Source of the DNA: the human T2T-CHM13v2.0 reference genome, Homo sapiens
Reading direction: 5' to 3' (one strand)
Assembly: GCF_009914755.1 (NCBI RefSeq)
Contig: NC_060936.1
DNA: 64,000 nt
A program made the translations under genes and the position numbers. The notes beneath the pieces were generated by a model, which had not been told where the DNA came from, ran no database searches, and saw nothing but the letters and a program-made list of their open reading frames with translations. Below are positions 27,478 through 40,545 of the stretch, in pieces; position 1 is the stretch's first letter, and each line of letters starts with the position of its first letter.

Positions 27478-27618
27478 AATCAATCATAATAAAAGCTTCT
27501 ATGACATAGAATAATATACATGTATTTAAACTTTTCTTTTTGACAAATGACAGAATACCATCAAATCCCACTCTATTCATTGAAAAGTTAGTGCCAGTCT
27601 AAATGCTAACAACTTTCA
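27478..27618 (+). repeat. Copy 2 of the 141-bp direct repeat
   Basis: Offset 1070 bp from copy 1. Confidence 0.97.
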
Positions 27619-27949
27619 TATGTGCACAGGAGATGCGAGGAAAAGGGGGTACTGCCCCGTTCATGCTCAAAGTACAGTTATACCCAGAAAAATGAAATTA
27701 AAAACTGAAAGAAAATATGCAGAAATAGCTGATTCTTTGGGGAAAAAAATGTGGAGTTTGGATAAGCAAGTCTCAAATCCATCCACCATATTGCATGTAA
27801 AGGTTTATCTTAAAGACTTCCAACAATAAGGCTATGAATTCACTTTAACAGAAGGCCACTCAATACATCATTATTTATATTCTGCTTACTCTCAAAAAAG
27901 AATGTTATTTAATGTACAATAAAAGACACATAAAATTAGAGATTATAAA

Positions 27950-28195
27950 ATAGCAGTTGGGCACAGTGGTTATGAGCCCAGACTCTGGAATTAGAGAGGA
28001 TGGGATCTGAACTCCATCAACACAACATACTAAATATGTGACCTTGAGCAAGTTACTTAACATCCCTACCCCTCAGGTTTCTCACCTGGAAAACTGAAAT
28101 GATAATGCCTTCCTTTTAAGGGACTGTGTGATATACAGGAAGTGCTAGCACAGTGTTCAAACAGTAAGTGCTAAAGAAACTATAGATGCTATTAA
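27950..28195 (+). mobile_element. MIR SINE
   Basis: tgtgaccttgagcaagttacttaacatc...cctcaggtttctcacctg. Confidence 0.85.
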
Positions 28196-29329
28196 TTTTG
28201 TAACTAATAACAGCAAAAGATTCTAGAAGAATCTACAAATGTAGATTGTCCTTAGTAATAATTTTTTTAAAAATCCATATGCTTTCACTAACAATATGTG
28301 CATATTATAGTCATAAAAATTAAAGTATCTGATCCCTTCCTTTCTCCAGGAAAAAAAAGTCATTTCACCTTGACACAAAAGTACACTATAAGAAAACCTG
28401 CAAATGTGAGGTAAAATGTGTTTCAAGAATTAATCTTGTATTTGTTTCAAGGGCCTAAGCAATTGAGACACTGGAGTTTTATATCAAAATAGGATAGCAA
28501 TGACTTTGGTCTGAAATATTTTAAGTGCAGGATCAAGACCAGCTGGCTATTTTAATCATGATTTTTATTTTAGAAAACCGCATCCTCTTGTGTCCCCCAA
28601 CTGAATTAGCTAAAGATTGTTTCCCCTGGGAATCAAGCAAAAAAAGTAATGTATTTGATATTGTATATGTAATTGCTGAAGATTTTAAGAGGGGATTATT
28701 TAGCTTTCTTTTTGAGGGTAATTAGCCACTGGTTTCACCTGCTTTGCTAACAACATGGAGGAAGATGCTTATCTTTCGATTAACTTTGACAGGAGGCCAC
28801 GCATTCAACTCATCTGAAGGCTGTATTGAGTTATTTGGTGCTGTTAAAAAGCAAAACAGCTAGGAAGCAGTACTATCTTTTATCATTTAGGAATAAAATT
28901 TTATCTACAAAGAGCACATTTTTACCCACTATCATTCTCAGAGTGATTTAGCATGATGCAGACTTTAAAGAAGTATTAACACCTGCAGTCCATGCTGAAT
29001 TATAATTGGCCCCAAAATGGTTTCTGTTTGTGGATTCAAAGACTGACCATAGACTGCTCAACACTGTGAAAGTCCTTCATTCCTCCTGAACATATTATTC
29101 AAATAGACTACAACCTGTTAATCCTCATCCAAGACAAATCATAGGACTCAATTAGAGCTACTCAATAAAGTCTGTGCATTTTTAAATATAGTAAAAGGAC
29201 AGATACATGAGTGTGGGAAACCAATAGCTACCCTCTTTAAGATAGTATAAGCTGCATTTGGAGTCCACACTGAAGAAATTCTAGCTAATATAACAAATAT
29301 CAGGGCCCATCACATACACCAGCATTTCA

Positions 29330-30075
29330 ACAGTTCTCATCCCAATTACTTCTCTTTTGACTTTCAAATAACATTTCCACATTAAGCTTTTACTAAAGAG
29401 AGAGGTGTAATGAATGCAAGGGCGTATTTCTAGGCAGCTGAACCACTATCCTAAGAGGGTGTTTCTTAATGATTTGGTGTCAATTTAGGCAAGATTTCTA
29501 TAGGTATACCATGGGACTGTCTCCAAACTCTAATTTTCTATAGATTTTAATCAGTGATTCAGATGAAGACAAAAGGATATATATTTATGAAATTCATGAG
29601 TAATACAAAGCTAAGAGGATAGGTAATATAAAAGAAAAAAATTTAAATGAATGAGCCAACACATAGTAGATTAAATTGAATCCTCTGTTTCTGTGTTCAA
29701 ACAATTGACTGCACAAGTGTAAGATCTGACCTAATAGCAATTCGAGTTTAGAAAGACATAGGTGTTTTACTTGCCTTCACGCTAAATCTGAGTTAACAGT
29801 ATTATATACAGCTTCTCCCAAAAGCCAAAGCAATCTGAATTCACATTTAAAAAAAATAATAATGACTATGGCAAGAAAACACACTAGTCCCTTTCTATTA
29901 CGTACAACTATGACTATACTACGAATTAACAAGTTCAGTTTTAGATGCCACTTTTAAGAAGGCCACTGGCATGCTAGAATATACTTAGGGAGAGTGACAA
30001 GAATGTTAGAGAGTTTCAAAACCAGATATGAGAAAGAATAGAAAGAAATAAAGATGATTAGCCAGAAGAAAAAAC
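29330..30075 (+). mobile_element. CR1/L3 LINE RT remnant (continues at ~31545-31920)
   Basis: ttttaatcagtgattcagatgaagac...gaaattcatgagtaatacaaagct resembles degenerate FINDLD...KFADDTKL. Confidence 0.65.
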
Positions 30076-30219
30076 TTTGAAAGAATAGGCCAGTGAGATT
30101 GTGTTCACTTCCTCATTGTAGCTAACCCAAGAGCTGTCAACAAGATCTGAGTGCAGAAAGCGGGGACACCGAGCCCCACACCACAGGTCCTGTGCAGCAG
30201 CATGGACATATAAAACCAG

Positions 30220-31545
30220 CCCTCCTTCCTGAAACACTGTCTCCCCCCCAGCGCAGGAACACCCAACTCTCCTAGGTTTCTGCCTACTCCTTTGACTGCT
30301 CCTTCTCAGTCTCCTTTGGAGGCTTCCACTCCTCCTCCTCCCAAACTATAAATGCTTGAGTTCTCAGGACTGAGGCCTAGTACCTTCCTCTCTGTACTCG
30401 TCTCCCTAGGCAATCTCACTTATCAACATGGCTTCAAAGAACTGTAAATACTGATGACTTTTAAATTATACCTACTACCCATATCTTTCCTCCAAGCTCC
30501 AGAGTGGCACATCCAACTGTCTTCTTGACATTTGTACTTAGCTATCTCATTGGCACCTCAAACTCAACATCTCCAAAACTGAAATCATCATCATCACCTA
30601 TGAATCCTGCTTCTCCTCCGGAGTTCCCATCTCATAAACGACATCTCCATTCACCCCACTGCTTAAACTAGATGACTGGTCATCCCAGATTCCATGCCCT
30701 CTTTACTCAACACATGGAAGCAACCAGTCCACCAAATAGCTAATGCAACCACTCCTCCCCATCTCTACATAATTGATATAAAATGTAAATCTATTTAAAA
30801 TGCTTCAGTATTGTCCTAGTGACCCTAGGAAAAGAACGCTGTTTTTAGAAGGCCATGCTTGACCTGGCCCCTGCTACCTCTCTACCTGAACCTCAAACCA
30901 CTCACCTTCACTCCTCCCTCAGTTGCAGCTCCACTGGCCTTCCTTTATTTATTCAGATATGCCATGTTCTTTTCCTTCTGCAGAATTCCATGCAGGTCAT
31001 CCCTCTGCATATTTAATCCTCACATCCATATCCTCTATTTTTTTTTTTTGTCCTTCAGGGCCCAACTTAAATCCTACTTTCTCAAGAAGGTTTCACTTAC
31101 TGTCCAGTCTAAATGAGGTTCTCCTTCTTATTCTTTCACAGCATCTTGCACTACAGAAATTTGAAATCACATATTTATTCACATATTTGAGAATTTAATA
31201 TTTACCTTATCCACCAGGCAAGGGGTCAGCAACATTTTTCTTTAAAGGGCCAGACAGTAAATATTTTAGGCTTTAAGCTCTCTGTTGCAACTACTCAACT
31301 CTGCTGTTGTAGTACAAAAGCAAAAGAACAGGCCTTGCTGTGTTCTAATGAAACTTTATTTACAAAAACAGACAGTGAGCTGGATTTGAACTGAAGGCTA
31401 TAGTCTACAGATCTCTGTACTAGACTCTAAGCTGCAGGAAGGCAGGGACAAGACTGTTTTACCCTCACCACTCATGTCTGTTGTCTAGAAAAGTGCCTGG
31501 CACATAGTAGTCATACAATAAGCAGTTGTTGAATGGATAAAATCT
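30220..31545 (+). mobile_element. L2 (nested in L3, interrupted by MER58A)
   Basis: ggcacctcaaactcaacatctccaaaactgaa; 3' end gtgcctggcacatagtag...ttgttgaatg. Confidence 0.8.
31221..31417. mobile_element. MER58A-like hAT MITE
   Basis: aggggtcagcaa...aaagggccagacagtaaatattttaggcttt. Confidence 0.85.
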
Positions 31546-31959
31546 GAAAGACTATCACAGTGAAATTTGTTCCATATATCTCTGTGGATCAATAAGTACA
31601 AGCTGTAGGAGAGAAGATTTGTATTCATCATAAGGAAAGCTTCCAAAAGTTCTACCAACCCTACAGAATTATGATACAGGTCAGTTAAAATAATGAACGT
31701 AAAAGCATTTCGTAAACCACAAATAAAATGTGTGTTATTATCATTAAGAATTAGAACTGACCAAAAATATGCACAGACTGCCTTCTGAGACAGTGGGATC
31801 CCTGGGTTATCTAATGAGAGCCTAAAGATCCATCTTCCAGGAGTGTTCTAGGACAAACTTTTGCATTGTTAGGAGGTTGAGCCAGAACATCTCCAAGATG
31901 CCTTCCAATCTTAGGTTTCTAAGCCATCACTTAGGACCTGCCCATTAAGAGCAACAGCA

Positions 31960-32180
31960 TATTTATTAACTCCCTATCTTGTGACAAGAGCTTCATATGC
32001 CATGATTTATTTAATTCTTGAAACAAACCTTCAAGTTTAAATGGCATTATCCTCAGTTTGCAGATAAGCAAGGTGAGACTCAGGACTGCTAAGGTAAAGA
32101 GACAGAACCAGAAGCAGAAGCCAGCTAGAGCTGTGAATTGTTTTCTTATCACAGACTGCATAGCCATGCTCAGTTATATC
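31960..32180 (-). mobile_element. MIR
   Basis: attatcctcagtttgcagataagcaaggtgagactcag. Confidence 0.55.
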
Positions 32181-33130
32181 AGTCCCTTTTCAGGCATCAC
32201 ACCTAGAATCCCAAATTTTCTAACATGCCCCTATATGTTTAGGACTGAGAGATAAACCCCTCAAAAGCAATCTGCATCAAATTCATTATAAGGTTCTGAT
32301 GGAATGATGAAGAAGTGTGCCTCTGAAAACAGTCATTTTTGAAAACAATTTTCCTTTGAGATATGCTGAATAAATATAACAGCTTTGTAAATAGAAAATA
32401 ATTTATGTCTAAAAGAAACATTTTCAACTTTTTGAGAAAACCTATTATTTTCAATCTGCATTTCACAGAAGGAAAAAACAGGTAGTTGAAATATCAGTCA
32501 GGCAATATTATAAATTACCAAGTCACATAATTTGGGTAACATTTGTTGAGGAAAGAAAATATCAGGTGCAGCAGAAAATAAATATTGCTGTTTCTAATTT
32601 TCAAAGACACAATAGACTTGCCATTTCCATACAGAAATACTTACATAAAAATAGGCAATTTTTATTTCAGAAGGGGGTTAAAAATTAATCTGGGTTTTAA
32701 GTCAGAGCTATGAGATTACAAATGCTCTTCATTATCTTCAAATAGGTTATCTATCTTTTCTGTTTTTTAAACAATGAACATATATTACTTGTGTAATAAA
32801 ATGGTCAAAAACAATCTGATTAGAGGATGTATTTCTTAATATTTTCTCAGTAATTTATTGGCCAAATCCTTCTTAATTACCTCATCTATCTACTGCTCAG
32901 TCATTTGGCCTCATCTATCTAGAACACAATTGAAAATTAGGAAGAAAGCAGAAAACCTCTGAATATCCCAAATAGATGTGACAAATCCAGTATTCATGCA
33001 CATTCATTACAGGAGGGCCTTTTGAACACTTGTTGTTATTTTACAGGGAATTCTAGTTAACTTGGATAGCTGGTTGCCAAGTCTCCTACAGAGCTGAGGA
33101 AACAAATAAAGAAGGGATGTATATTAGAGA

Positions 33131-33650
33131 ATGTGGTTGTCTGCCCAATATCCATTCTATCCAGCCTCCAACATGTAGCAGCCATTTTATCTGGATGGGA
33201 TAGAGTCCCACCTCCAGGGATATTTTCTGTCAACCATGGTAATAGCAGAGTAATCCCATCTCCATTCCTCACTAATTGCTGCAATATATCCAAACCAATA
33301 AGGACTTGGAATTCTTCAGGCCTTGGCGATTGGTTTAGGAGTTTGTCCAATCAGCGCAAGCTCAAGATTTCTACTAAGAATTCTGGGACAAAGATGCTCT
33401 CTTTTCTGCTGACAAACTGTGCAAACTGGCTGGCAAGATGTAAAACTTAAAAATACTGCAATTATTTTGTACCATGATGGAGACCAGCCCAAAGATAATC
33501 TGTACACATGGAGACAGGTAAATGAATCCAGATCCCTGATCAAGCCATAACAGCACCCAGTCAGCCTCTAAACTTTTCATTTACGTAAGCCAATAAAACG
33601 CTTCTACTATTTATATGAGTTTGTATTAGATTTTATATTAGCTGTGACAA
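33131..33650 (+). mobile_element. Old MaLR solo LTR (MLT1K/L-like)
   Basis: Start tgtggttgtctgcccaatatccattc; end aagccaataaaa...; accounts for the overlapping ORFs here. Confidence 0.65.
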
Positions 33651-33978
33651 TTTCAGTTTGCCCTGGAGAGTCACAGTTTACAGCTACTACTCCAGCATAA
33701 CTATTAACAAAGTTCTCTTTCACTTCCAAAAGTATTCTGGTTTGAATGATAAATTATATGAGCACCTGTATCATAACTGGTGGGGGCTAAGGGGATGGTA
33801 TCAGGCAGTTAGGAGAAACCAAAGCACTCACAATGACAAATGAAAACTGCAGAAAACAAGAATATGTAGAAAATGTATTTTAAAAGGAGACAAAAATTCA
33901 GCAGCAGTCTGGGGTAATTCAAAATAGAGGCAAATAATCCCATACATATTGATAGCCTGAGAGGCTACCACATTAAAG

Positions 33979-34281
33979 CAACTTTTTCCCAAAAAGTTCT
34001 AAAGATTTTCTTCAGGAATTATAACAAATGTAACACAAAGGGGGTTCTGTGGTCCATTATATTTGAGAAAACTTCCATTCCATAACCCCCTGCAGAGACT
34101 CAAAATACACATTCACATGGTAAAGGCTCAGAATAATCTGGGAAAAAAAAAGAAGGCTGCCTAATTTTGTTTACCTAGTATTTATCCAATTTACTTGATC
34201 ACAGAAAACTGTTTTTCTAAAGATACCTATAAATATGCAGTAGGTAACTATTCTGCTGACATCGATTTCAGAAAAGTTGCA
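33979..34281. mobile_element. MER103C-like hAT element
   Basis: ggttctgtggtc...tttgagaaa and tatttatccaatttacttgatcacagaa inverted arms. Confidence 0.6.
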
Positions 34282-36449
34282 GTCAGAAATTAAGAACTGA
34301 GTCATCAAAAAAAATCAAACCACTTTTAGTGTGTTTAAAAAGTAGAAAAATATTTATTCTAGAAAGATTTCCTTCCAGAATGGTTAAATGTTTTAAGTGT
34401 AAAATAAGTGAAGAAATAAATAAATGGAAAAATAAATATTCACTTCTCCTAGTGAACAGCAGAAAGAATCTCTACTACACAACTAAAATAGCACTTTCTA
34501 AGACACTATGACTTTTTGAAGGGTATAGGTCCTATTACCTGAGAGAGAAAAAAAGCGAGGAAGACGTGCACATACACATCAGAAATTCTAGGTAGAGTCC
34601 TACTCTGATCAAGAAATGTGTACACTGATATTCTGCAGCACATTAAGATGTGCATTATCCCAGAGGTCATATGAACCATAATGACTTTACAAGGGACTTG
34701 AGAAATTGCAATCTTTGCTATATAAATTCTTAGCAAGCTTAGGGGGCTCTTTCACGCTAAAATATAAACATGTGCTCAGGAGAAACGTGCCTAAGTATAT
34801 TTCACTGTCCCCAAGAGGGGTTCTCTTGACTCTGAGCAGAATAAAACAAAAAGCTTCAGAGATGCTTTAAAATAAATCCTGCTATAGCAGACAGACTGGC
34901 ATCTTCACTACAACTTGGGCCTGGTGAACTCTTATAATTCAGGAAGTCCTCAGAGCTTTGGAGAAGCACTCTAAAAAGACTTCTGACAGGAATTCCATGT
35001 TGAGCATCTGAAATGGAGAGAGTGAGGAGGGAGGGAAAAGGAATGATTCGAATAGAGCATCAAATACCCAAAGCGATGCAAGGAAGGAAACAAATAATCC
35101 TGCGATGGAGGCAGAGTGTAAACAATCCGGCTTAAGGGCTTCAACCATGTTGTGATGGTGAGAGAGCAATTTCCCTTGAATTTCTACAGGAGGAGGGATA
35201 CATGATGCATCACTCAGCAGAATCCTCAGCAGCTGAAAACTGAGCAGTTGGCATGAAATCAGAAATATTATCCCCACATGAGAGACAACAAGAAAGTAGC
35301 ATTAGAATAGAGTGTGAAGTAGAAATGGCCCTGCTGGTTAATGACAAGTCCTAGCTTTGGCCCCACCTCCAGCACCATCACTGTCATCTGCTTCTGCAGA
35401 CCTCTCAGGTGGCTGAAGCAAGGATTTAAGGACACAATAGCATTTACTTAATCTGAAACCATGTAACTCTGGGTTATGGGGATGCCTAAAGTCCTTCATG
35501 TCATTTGTACTGCAGTAGTTTTAGCTGTCTATATATTTGCTTAAGATGCACTGACACTGTTCTTTGAGAGAGAAAAACACTCTGCTTCATAGCCTGTGCT
35601 TGTGTAAAATGTAAGAAATAAAATGGTTCCTTTCTCTAAAAAAGATAGAAATTCCAAATGCTTGAGAATTTAAAGCACTGAGACACAAAAATTCCAGCTC
35701 CAAATTCATATAAACACACACGACAACAGATAGACAGACAACCAAATACCAGGCAAAAAACCATAGAACAGATAATTCTGAAATAATCACTAATATCATG
35801 ACCTTTATTTATAAGAATAAATAAGACCCTTTATTCTTATTTTAGAAGGATTTTTCATATGTATTCAATTTGAGTCTCACACTAAACCCTTGGACTGAGT
35901 AGGTGTTATTTCATTTTAAAGATATGAAAACAGACTCAAAGAAGCTCAGTGCTCACATGCTCAGCAGTCGACGGAAATGGCTGGGCTGAGACTTTATCTA
36001 GTTACTTCTGACCTGCTGTCCCCCCACTTTATCTTAACTAGAGTTAAGAATTTTGGAAAAAGGGAATTAAAGTCTGAACTTCCACTAAAAAAGCGATGGA
36101 TGAAGAAATTATCTGGACTGCTCAATTGGAGCCGTTTTTAGAAACAAATAAATTGAAATAATATCATCTTGTATCTGTAGAAGTATTTTTGCATAATATT
36201 TCAAAATGTTTGTGCATACATCATTTCCTTTGCCCTTTACAATATCCCTATAACATATGTAACACAAGTATGATATCCCCCTGTTTGAGACAAAGGAACT
36301 GCATTGCCTAGATGTTCAATCAAAGGTTAGTAAAAGATGTATAATTACTAGTACTTAGATCCAGTGGAGCTATTCAATTCTATAAGACATTTTTAATAAC
36401 CTAAGAACATCAGTGCTGGTGCTTCTGTCTTCCACTCTCTTCTCCGATT

Positions 36450-36920
36450 CATAATTGAGCGCTTACTCAATTGCACTATGCCAAGGGCTCTGGGAAAGGC
36501 AAATAAGACAATGAATCTGCTTTCTAGGAATTTACATTTTAGGAGAGCTTTGACAGTTATTTGCACTCAAAATACTAGGAAGAATAAAATGTGTACCATC
36601 AGAGATAAGAACAAATTCAGTAGAAGGGAAAGATTGTTCCTGAATAGAAGAATCAGGGAGAGACTCATGAATAGTTATCATAAGTCCCCATTTGCCAGCA
36701 ACCATCCCAGTTTATGCCTGTTGTCCTCTCGGTGGCCCCTTTTACTCTTAAAGCATCCCCTTTTAAATGATAAATTATATAACCAGCCTTTTCATGAAGG
36801 TAGTGGCATTAGGTTGGGCCTTGAAGAATTAGGTGTATTTTAATGGGTGGAGAATTAGGAAGAGACTATTAATAGATAGAGGAGAACAAGAAAGCCAAAG
36901 ACAGAGGCAGGAAAAATAAA
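36450..36920 (-). mobile_element. L2 fragment interrupted by a MER94-like element (~36670-36788)
   Basis: ttgagcgcttact...ctatgccaagg; MER94 core tcccagtttatgcctgttgtcc...gataaattatat. Confidence 0.6.
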
Positions 36921-36921
36921 G

Positions 36922-37444
36922 TGTGGCAAATTAAATATGGTAGATAATCTACAAAGGTGGCTGCAAATGACTTTCCTCTTCCCTATATGTGCATGCTGTT
37001 CTACCAATCAAAAGGCGGACTCTCTTTCCCTTGTATCTGGGCTGGCCCTGTAATTTGTCTTGACCAAGAGAATGCACTGGAAGTAACATGGTGTTGGCCA
37101 GCTCCAGGTCTAGCCCTTAAGAGGCTAGGAAGCTTCTGCTTTTGCTCTTGGAAGAAGCAACCAAGAAAGCCAAAGACAGAGGCAGGGAAAAAGTATCCCC
37201 AAAACAGCCTGCAGCTGTTCCAGCCAGCCCCACTGGGGTGCCCGTTATATGAACAGAGAAGCCATTGGGGCTTTTTTGGCACCAGCAGATACCACATAGG
37301 ATCACAGAACATCCCGGATACCACATAGAATCACAGAACATCCCAGATGGCTCCGGTTGCAGAATTCTGAGAGATAATAATTGCTTATGTGTTAGGCTAC
37401 TAAATTCTGAGGTGGTTTGTTACACCACAACAGATACCTGAAAT
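36922..37444 (+). mobile_element. MaLR solo LTR (MLT1G/H-like), internally rearranged
   Basis: tctgggctggccctgt...ttgaccaa...cccttaagagg; end ggtttgttacaccacaacagatacctgaaa. Confidence 0.75.
37286..37343. repeat. 29-bp tandem duplication inside the LTR
   Basis: cagataccacataggatcacagaacatcc / cggataccacatagaatcacagaacatcc. Confidence 0.9.
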
Positions 37445-37479
37445 ACTGAGTGAGTTAAACATGAGGATTTAAGTTTGGC

Positions 37480-38010
37480 CGAGGTGTGGTTGGTTGGTGT
37501 CCTCTGTCGTCCTGGTCTCACTTCAGCTTTAGGAAAGCCCTGGCTCCCTGTATCTCAGGGCTGGCCTTTCTCAGTGGGTTCTGTCCCTTGTGTGGTGGTA
37601 GAAGACCCCCAAAAGTCTGGGCCCAAGACTGTTTCCTCCCCTCCTCCAGGCTTACACCAGCAAGACAGGCTTTCCCAGATCTCCCTCTCTGCCTCCAGCC
37701 TTTCTTGTGAGCTCCCAGGGAAGCTCATGGAGGAGCGCCTCCAAGTGGGCACTAATGTCCCTTGTGTCTGCGACTCCCATTGGTCCTACACACTCACCCT
37801 CTCGCACATGCACCTTTAGCAATCTGTTAGCAATTTTATCTGAATTCAATTTACCTGTGTCTATGGCAGCTCTGCCTTCCTCTTGAATTCCGCAACAGAT
37901 AACCCAAGGCCTGCGTTCAGTCTTTCTTTGTAGGTGCCTGGTTTTCCTTGGATTTTAGGCTAGTTTCCCTGAAACATCAGCTCTCTGATGGGTTCAAGAA
38001 AAGTTAAGAT
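37480..38010 (-). mobile_element. Possible ancient L1M 5' region
   Basis: ctctctgatgggttcaagaaaagtt resembles a reverse L1ME 5'-end motif. Confidence 0.35.
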
Positions 38011-39835
38011 GTTGGATATTACTTCTTGTGTCAGGTTCCTACAAACCACGCAGAAACCAGAAGTCCATAGTTGGCTTTTAAACTGTGGTCCACAGAGGTC
38101 TCTTGGATGGTCTCTGGTGGGGAGCCCCCAGGAAAAGGAAGGGTGAATAAATGGGCCTCTGAACACTCCATTTCTGTCTCAGCCAGTCAGCTCCATTTTG
38201 TAAAACCAATTTTAGATACTGAGCTTCAGCATAATGGGATATGTGACTAAAAACAGTTGGAAAACCACGGACCCACAGCATGATTTCAGATGCATCAAGT
38301 AAGTACTCCCTTCCCCCACCCTCTTCCTCTCTGCTTGTTTCCCAAAACCTAAAATCCAGCTAGGAAAGAAAAGCTTTTCACACCACACTCAGGGATAAAG
38401 TTTAAAATGCATATACTTCAGGGAGAAGTTGACTTAAATTCACATTATTAAATGGGGCTGATAACAGGTTTTTTCACAAAACAGGTTTTAACAAGAACAA
38501 CAGAGCACAAAAACCGTGGGTTGAGAAAGGAGTAAAAAGGAGCCTTGAGTTGGAGACAGAAATGACTGCCAAAACGATCATTCAGGCGCAAAAGGCAAAC
38601 TTCCTACTTCACAATTTTACCCACAGCTGGCACAATACACACGCACGAATATGCGTCTACAGGAGAAACAGGCAGTCCAAGAATCTGCTTAGCAGCTGCA
38701 CAATGCAAACAGCCATAGTTAGGACCTCAGGAGGCCTGCATGGTGCCAAGATGTAAATACGGACGCTTCCTTCTCAACCAGCTCACTTGGGAGCTGTAGG
38801 TGCACAGAGGCTCAGCCCCACGGCTGGCCCTGACTGCACAGAACTGTAATACAAAAGGATGCAATATGAAGGAAGGAAGGGCAGTATGTTAAAGATGTAC
38901 ATCGTGAAAAATAGTCACTGAAAAGTCACTCAAAATAAGAGTAGTAAAAAAGGTAAATGCTTCTTCAGAAAGTACCTTCAGTTTCTAAGCTTTACATGAA
39001 TCATCTACGGAAAATCTTCCCAGCCAGAGAGATAATATCTAGAAAAATTGTTAATATTACTGAACGTTACTGCCATAATTCCAAATGAGGATGACTAGGC
39101 CAGAAACAACATTAGCAATTTTCAAATCAAGTCTTAGGTAAACATGTTAAAAAAGAGAATAAATGTAGAATTTATCCTATAATCCATATATGTAATTACT
39201 AAAATAAACAGTAGATTTATAATATATACACACACACACACGCATACACACAGGCACATACACACACGAAAGATTAATGTAAAAACCCGAAATAAGAGAA
39301 ATCATTATTTTCTGCAGAAGGAATTTGGATCTCTCAATTAATACCTCAAAAGTTAAGACTTATAAGAAACAAACATTAACAACCATACTCTTGAACTCAG
39401 TTAAAGACTTCCTTTAGTTGTTAATTATGTACATAAATCTCAGCTTTGTAATCAAAATATGAACCCCTCTAGAAGTTTGCTTTTTTAGTAACTTCTTTTT
39501 TTGCACTTTAAATATTAAGTGAAAAGCACTTAATATATACTTGAGGAACAAATGAATAAATGTAGAAAACAGTTTTCAATACTACTACAAAGCAGAACAT
39601 CACACTCCACTTTTTATCATGTTGTGCAGAGAAAGTTTTGATTTAATGAATCATTGATCTTGCTTTATTTCACAGTCTGTGTCATGAAATTTTGGTCCTT
39701 CGGCATTTGCATCATTTTTTAAGCCTGCATATAACAAACATTTAATGTCTAAAAACATTTAAATGTCACTAACACTAAAGGAATTGTCAACTTAAACTGT
39801 CACAAAGTGTTAAATGAAAAACAGACACTTAAGCA

Positions 39836-40112
39836 CTCATTCATTCATTCAGAGACAAGGTCTTGCTCTCTTGCCCAGGCTGGAGTGCAGTGGTACAATC
39901 ATAGCTCACTGCAGTCTTGGACTCCTGGGCTCAAGTGATTCTCCCAACTCAGCCTCCTGAGCAGCTGGGACTAAAGGTACAGGTGGTCTGGCAAATTTTT
40001 TAAAATGTTTTGTAGAGATGGGATCTCTCTAAGTTGCCTAGGCTGGTCTTGAACTCCTGGTCTCAAGCAATCCTCCCACCTTGGCCTCCCAAAGTGCTAG
40101 GATTATAGGCAA
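39836..40112 (-). mobile_element. AluJ-like with (TTCA)n tail
   Basis: gacaaggtcttgctct...gaactcctggtctcaagcaatcctccc. Confidence 0.9.
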
Positions 40113-40242
40113 GAAAAGCACATTTTAAACCAATAAGAGTAAGCCCATATTATTGATTTAAACATAATATAATTTTTATTTTTCAACTATATAAAGTATT
40201 GTTGACATAAAATAAACTCCACATATTTAAAATATATAATCT

Positions 40243-40545
40243 GGGCCCAGTGCAGTAGCTCGCACCTATAATCCCAGTACTTTGGGAAACCAAGGTGGGA
40301 GGATCACTTTAGTCCAGGAGTTCAAGACCAGCCCGGGCAGCATGGTGAAACCCCATCTCTACAAATACAAAAATTTAGCCAGGCATGGTGGTGTGCACTT
40401 GTAGTCCCAGATACTCTGGGAGCTGAAAGAGGAAGATTGCTTCAGCCCAGGAGTTCAAGGCTGCAGTGAGCTATGATTGTACCACTGCACTCCAGTCTGG
40501 ATGACAGAGCAAGACCGTGTCTCAAAAAAATATGAAATAAAATAA
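40243..40545 (+). mobile_element. AluJ-like
   Basis: gagctatgattg diagnostic; degenerate TSD taaaataYaYaatYt. Confidence 0.9.

Noticed and set aside
33057-33580. Four overlapping ORFs suggesting coding sequence
   Set aside because: They lie within an old MaLR LTR.
36957-37849. Cluster of 65-123-aa ORFs
   Set aside because: GC-richer LTR or old-L1-derived sequence with few stops; no protein features.
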